Source of the DNA: Selaginella moellendorffii
Taxonomy: Eukaryota; Plantae; Lycopodiophyta
Reading direction: 5' to 3'
DNA: 8,606 nucleotides
NCBI RefSeq assembly: GCF_000143415.4
Contig: NW_003314628.1
Span: forward strand, 1 to 8,606
A program made the translations under genes and the position numbers. Below the pieces are notes generated by a model. The model was not told the origin of the DNA. It made no database searches and saw only the letters and a list, made by a program, of their open reading frames with translations. Below are positions 8,123-8,606 of this stretch, in pieces; positions within the stretch are counted from its first letter, which is position 1, and each line of letters begins with the position of its first letter.

Positions 8123-8606
8123 ATGGCACCCTCATCTTCCTTAACCTATTTCCAGTCATGGAAAACTCAAGATGCAATTTTACTCCATGGAAAAGGATCT
8201 CTGGAGTGTGCTCTAGAGCAGCATCAAGCCAGAGGACGATGTGGATGAAAAAGGAGTGGGACACCAAGAACAAAAAAGCGTTAGGGGTCTTGGGATGAGG
8301 CCTCGGAAAGAAATATCAAAGCTACCTTGACATCAACAAGATGACAAAGGAAAACTAGGATGCTGTGTGTGTGATCCTTGGTACAACAACCAGAGCAAGA
8401 TTGTTGGAACTCAAACTACAGCTGAACAGCCATAAACAGAGGGAGACAGAATCTGTAAGTGATTTTGCCAGTGCTCTTGTCAACATTGCCAAGCAGATCG
8501 GTGCAGTTCAAATGAAGTAAAATTGCATTTGAGTTTTCCATGACTGGAAATCTTTGCCATCATACACTTCCAAGGTTAAGGAAGATGAGAGTGCCATGTT
8601 CTTTCA
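8123..8606 (+). mobile_element. Degenerate Ty1/copia LTR retrotransposon gag remnant (DUF4219 + Retrotran_gag_2/UBN2-like)
   Basis: Across frameshifts: FQSWK/LKMQFYSMEKDLWSV (NY..W...M.....DLW motif), then EWDTKNKKALGVLG*GLGKKYQSYLDINKMTKEN*DAVCVILGTTTRARLLELKLQLNSHKQRETESVSDFASALVNIAKQIGAV (W...N.KA, TAKE.WD, ESV.DY consensus). Stops: TGA 8296-8298, TAG 8356-8358. Confidence 0.82.

Noticed and set aside
8010-8273. 87-aa minus ORF as an upstream part of the NTPase gene
   Set aside because: Mostly antisense to the copia gag remnant and ends in a stop.
1-8606. CRISPR array, tRNA/rRNA genes, LTR pair or terminal inverted repeats
   Set aside because: None detected by eye.

Overview
Eukaryotic genomic DNA, most likely from a compact plant genome. 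The uniform 45-67 nt introns resemble the lycophyte Selaginella, but this taxonomy is an inference. Left part (1-3425, +): the 3' half of an intron-rich Ski2-like helicase gene of the ASCC3/Slh1/DExH14 family (second helicase cassette plus Sec63 domain; 19 exons, 18 GT-AG introns). A 100-N assembly gap follows (3625-3724). Middle (about 3889-5800): a dense run of decayed gene fragments, namely a 2-oxoglutarate/Fe(II) dioxygenase pseudogene (-), an NFD4/nodulin-like MFS transporter fragment (+) and possibly an F-box-associated fragment (-). Right: a nearly intronless two-exon gene (-, 7916 or 8003 to 5893, about 656-685 aa). It encodes a small N-terminal header domain, a bacterial-like AAA_35/STAND-type P-loop NTPase and, only after splicing of a 53-nt intron, a PD-(D/E)xK-like nuclease domain. 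This is a Crinkler/CR-effector-like 'header-NTPase-REase' architecture and the most interesting object in the window. A degenerate Ty1/copia gag remnant lies head-to-head with it at the right edge. All family calls come from motif recognition by eye; no searches were run.
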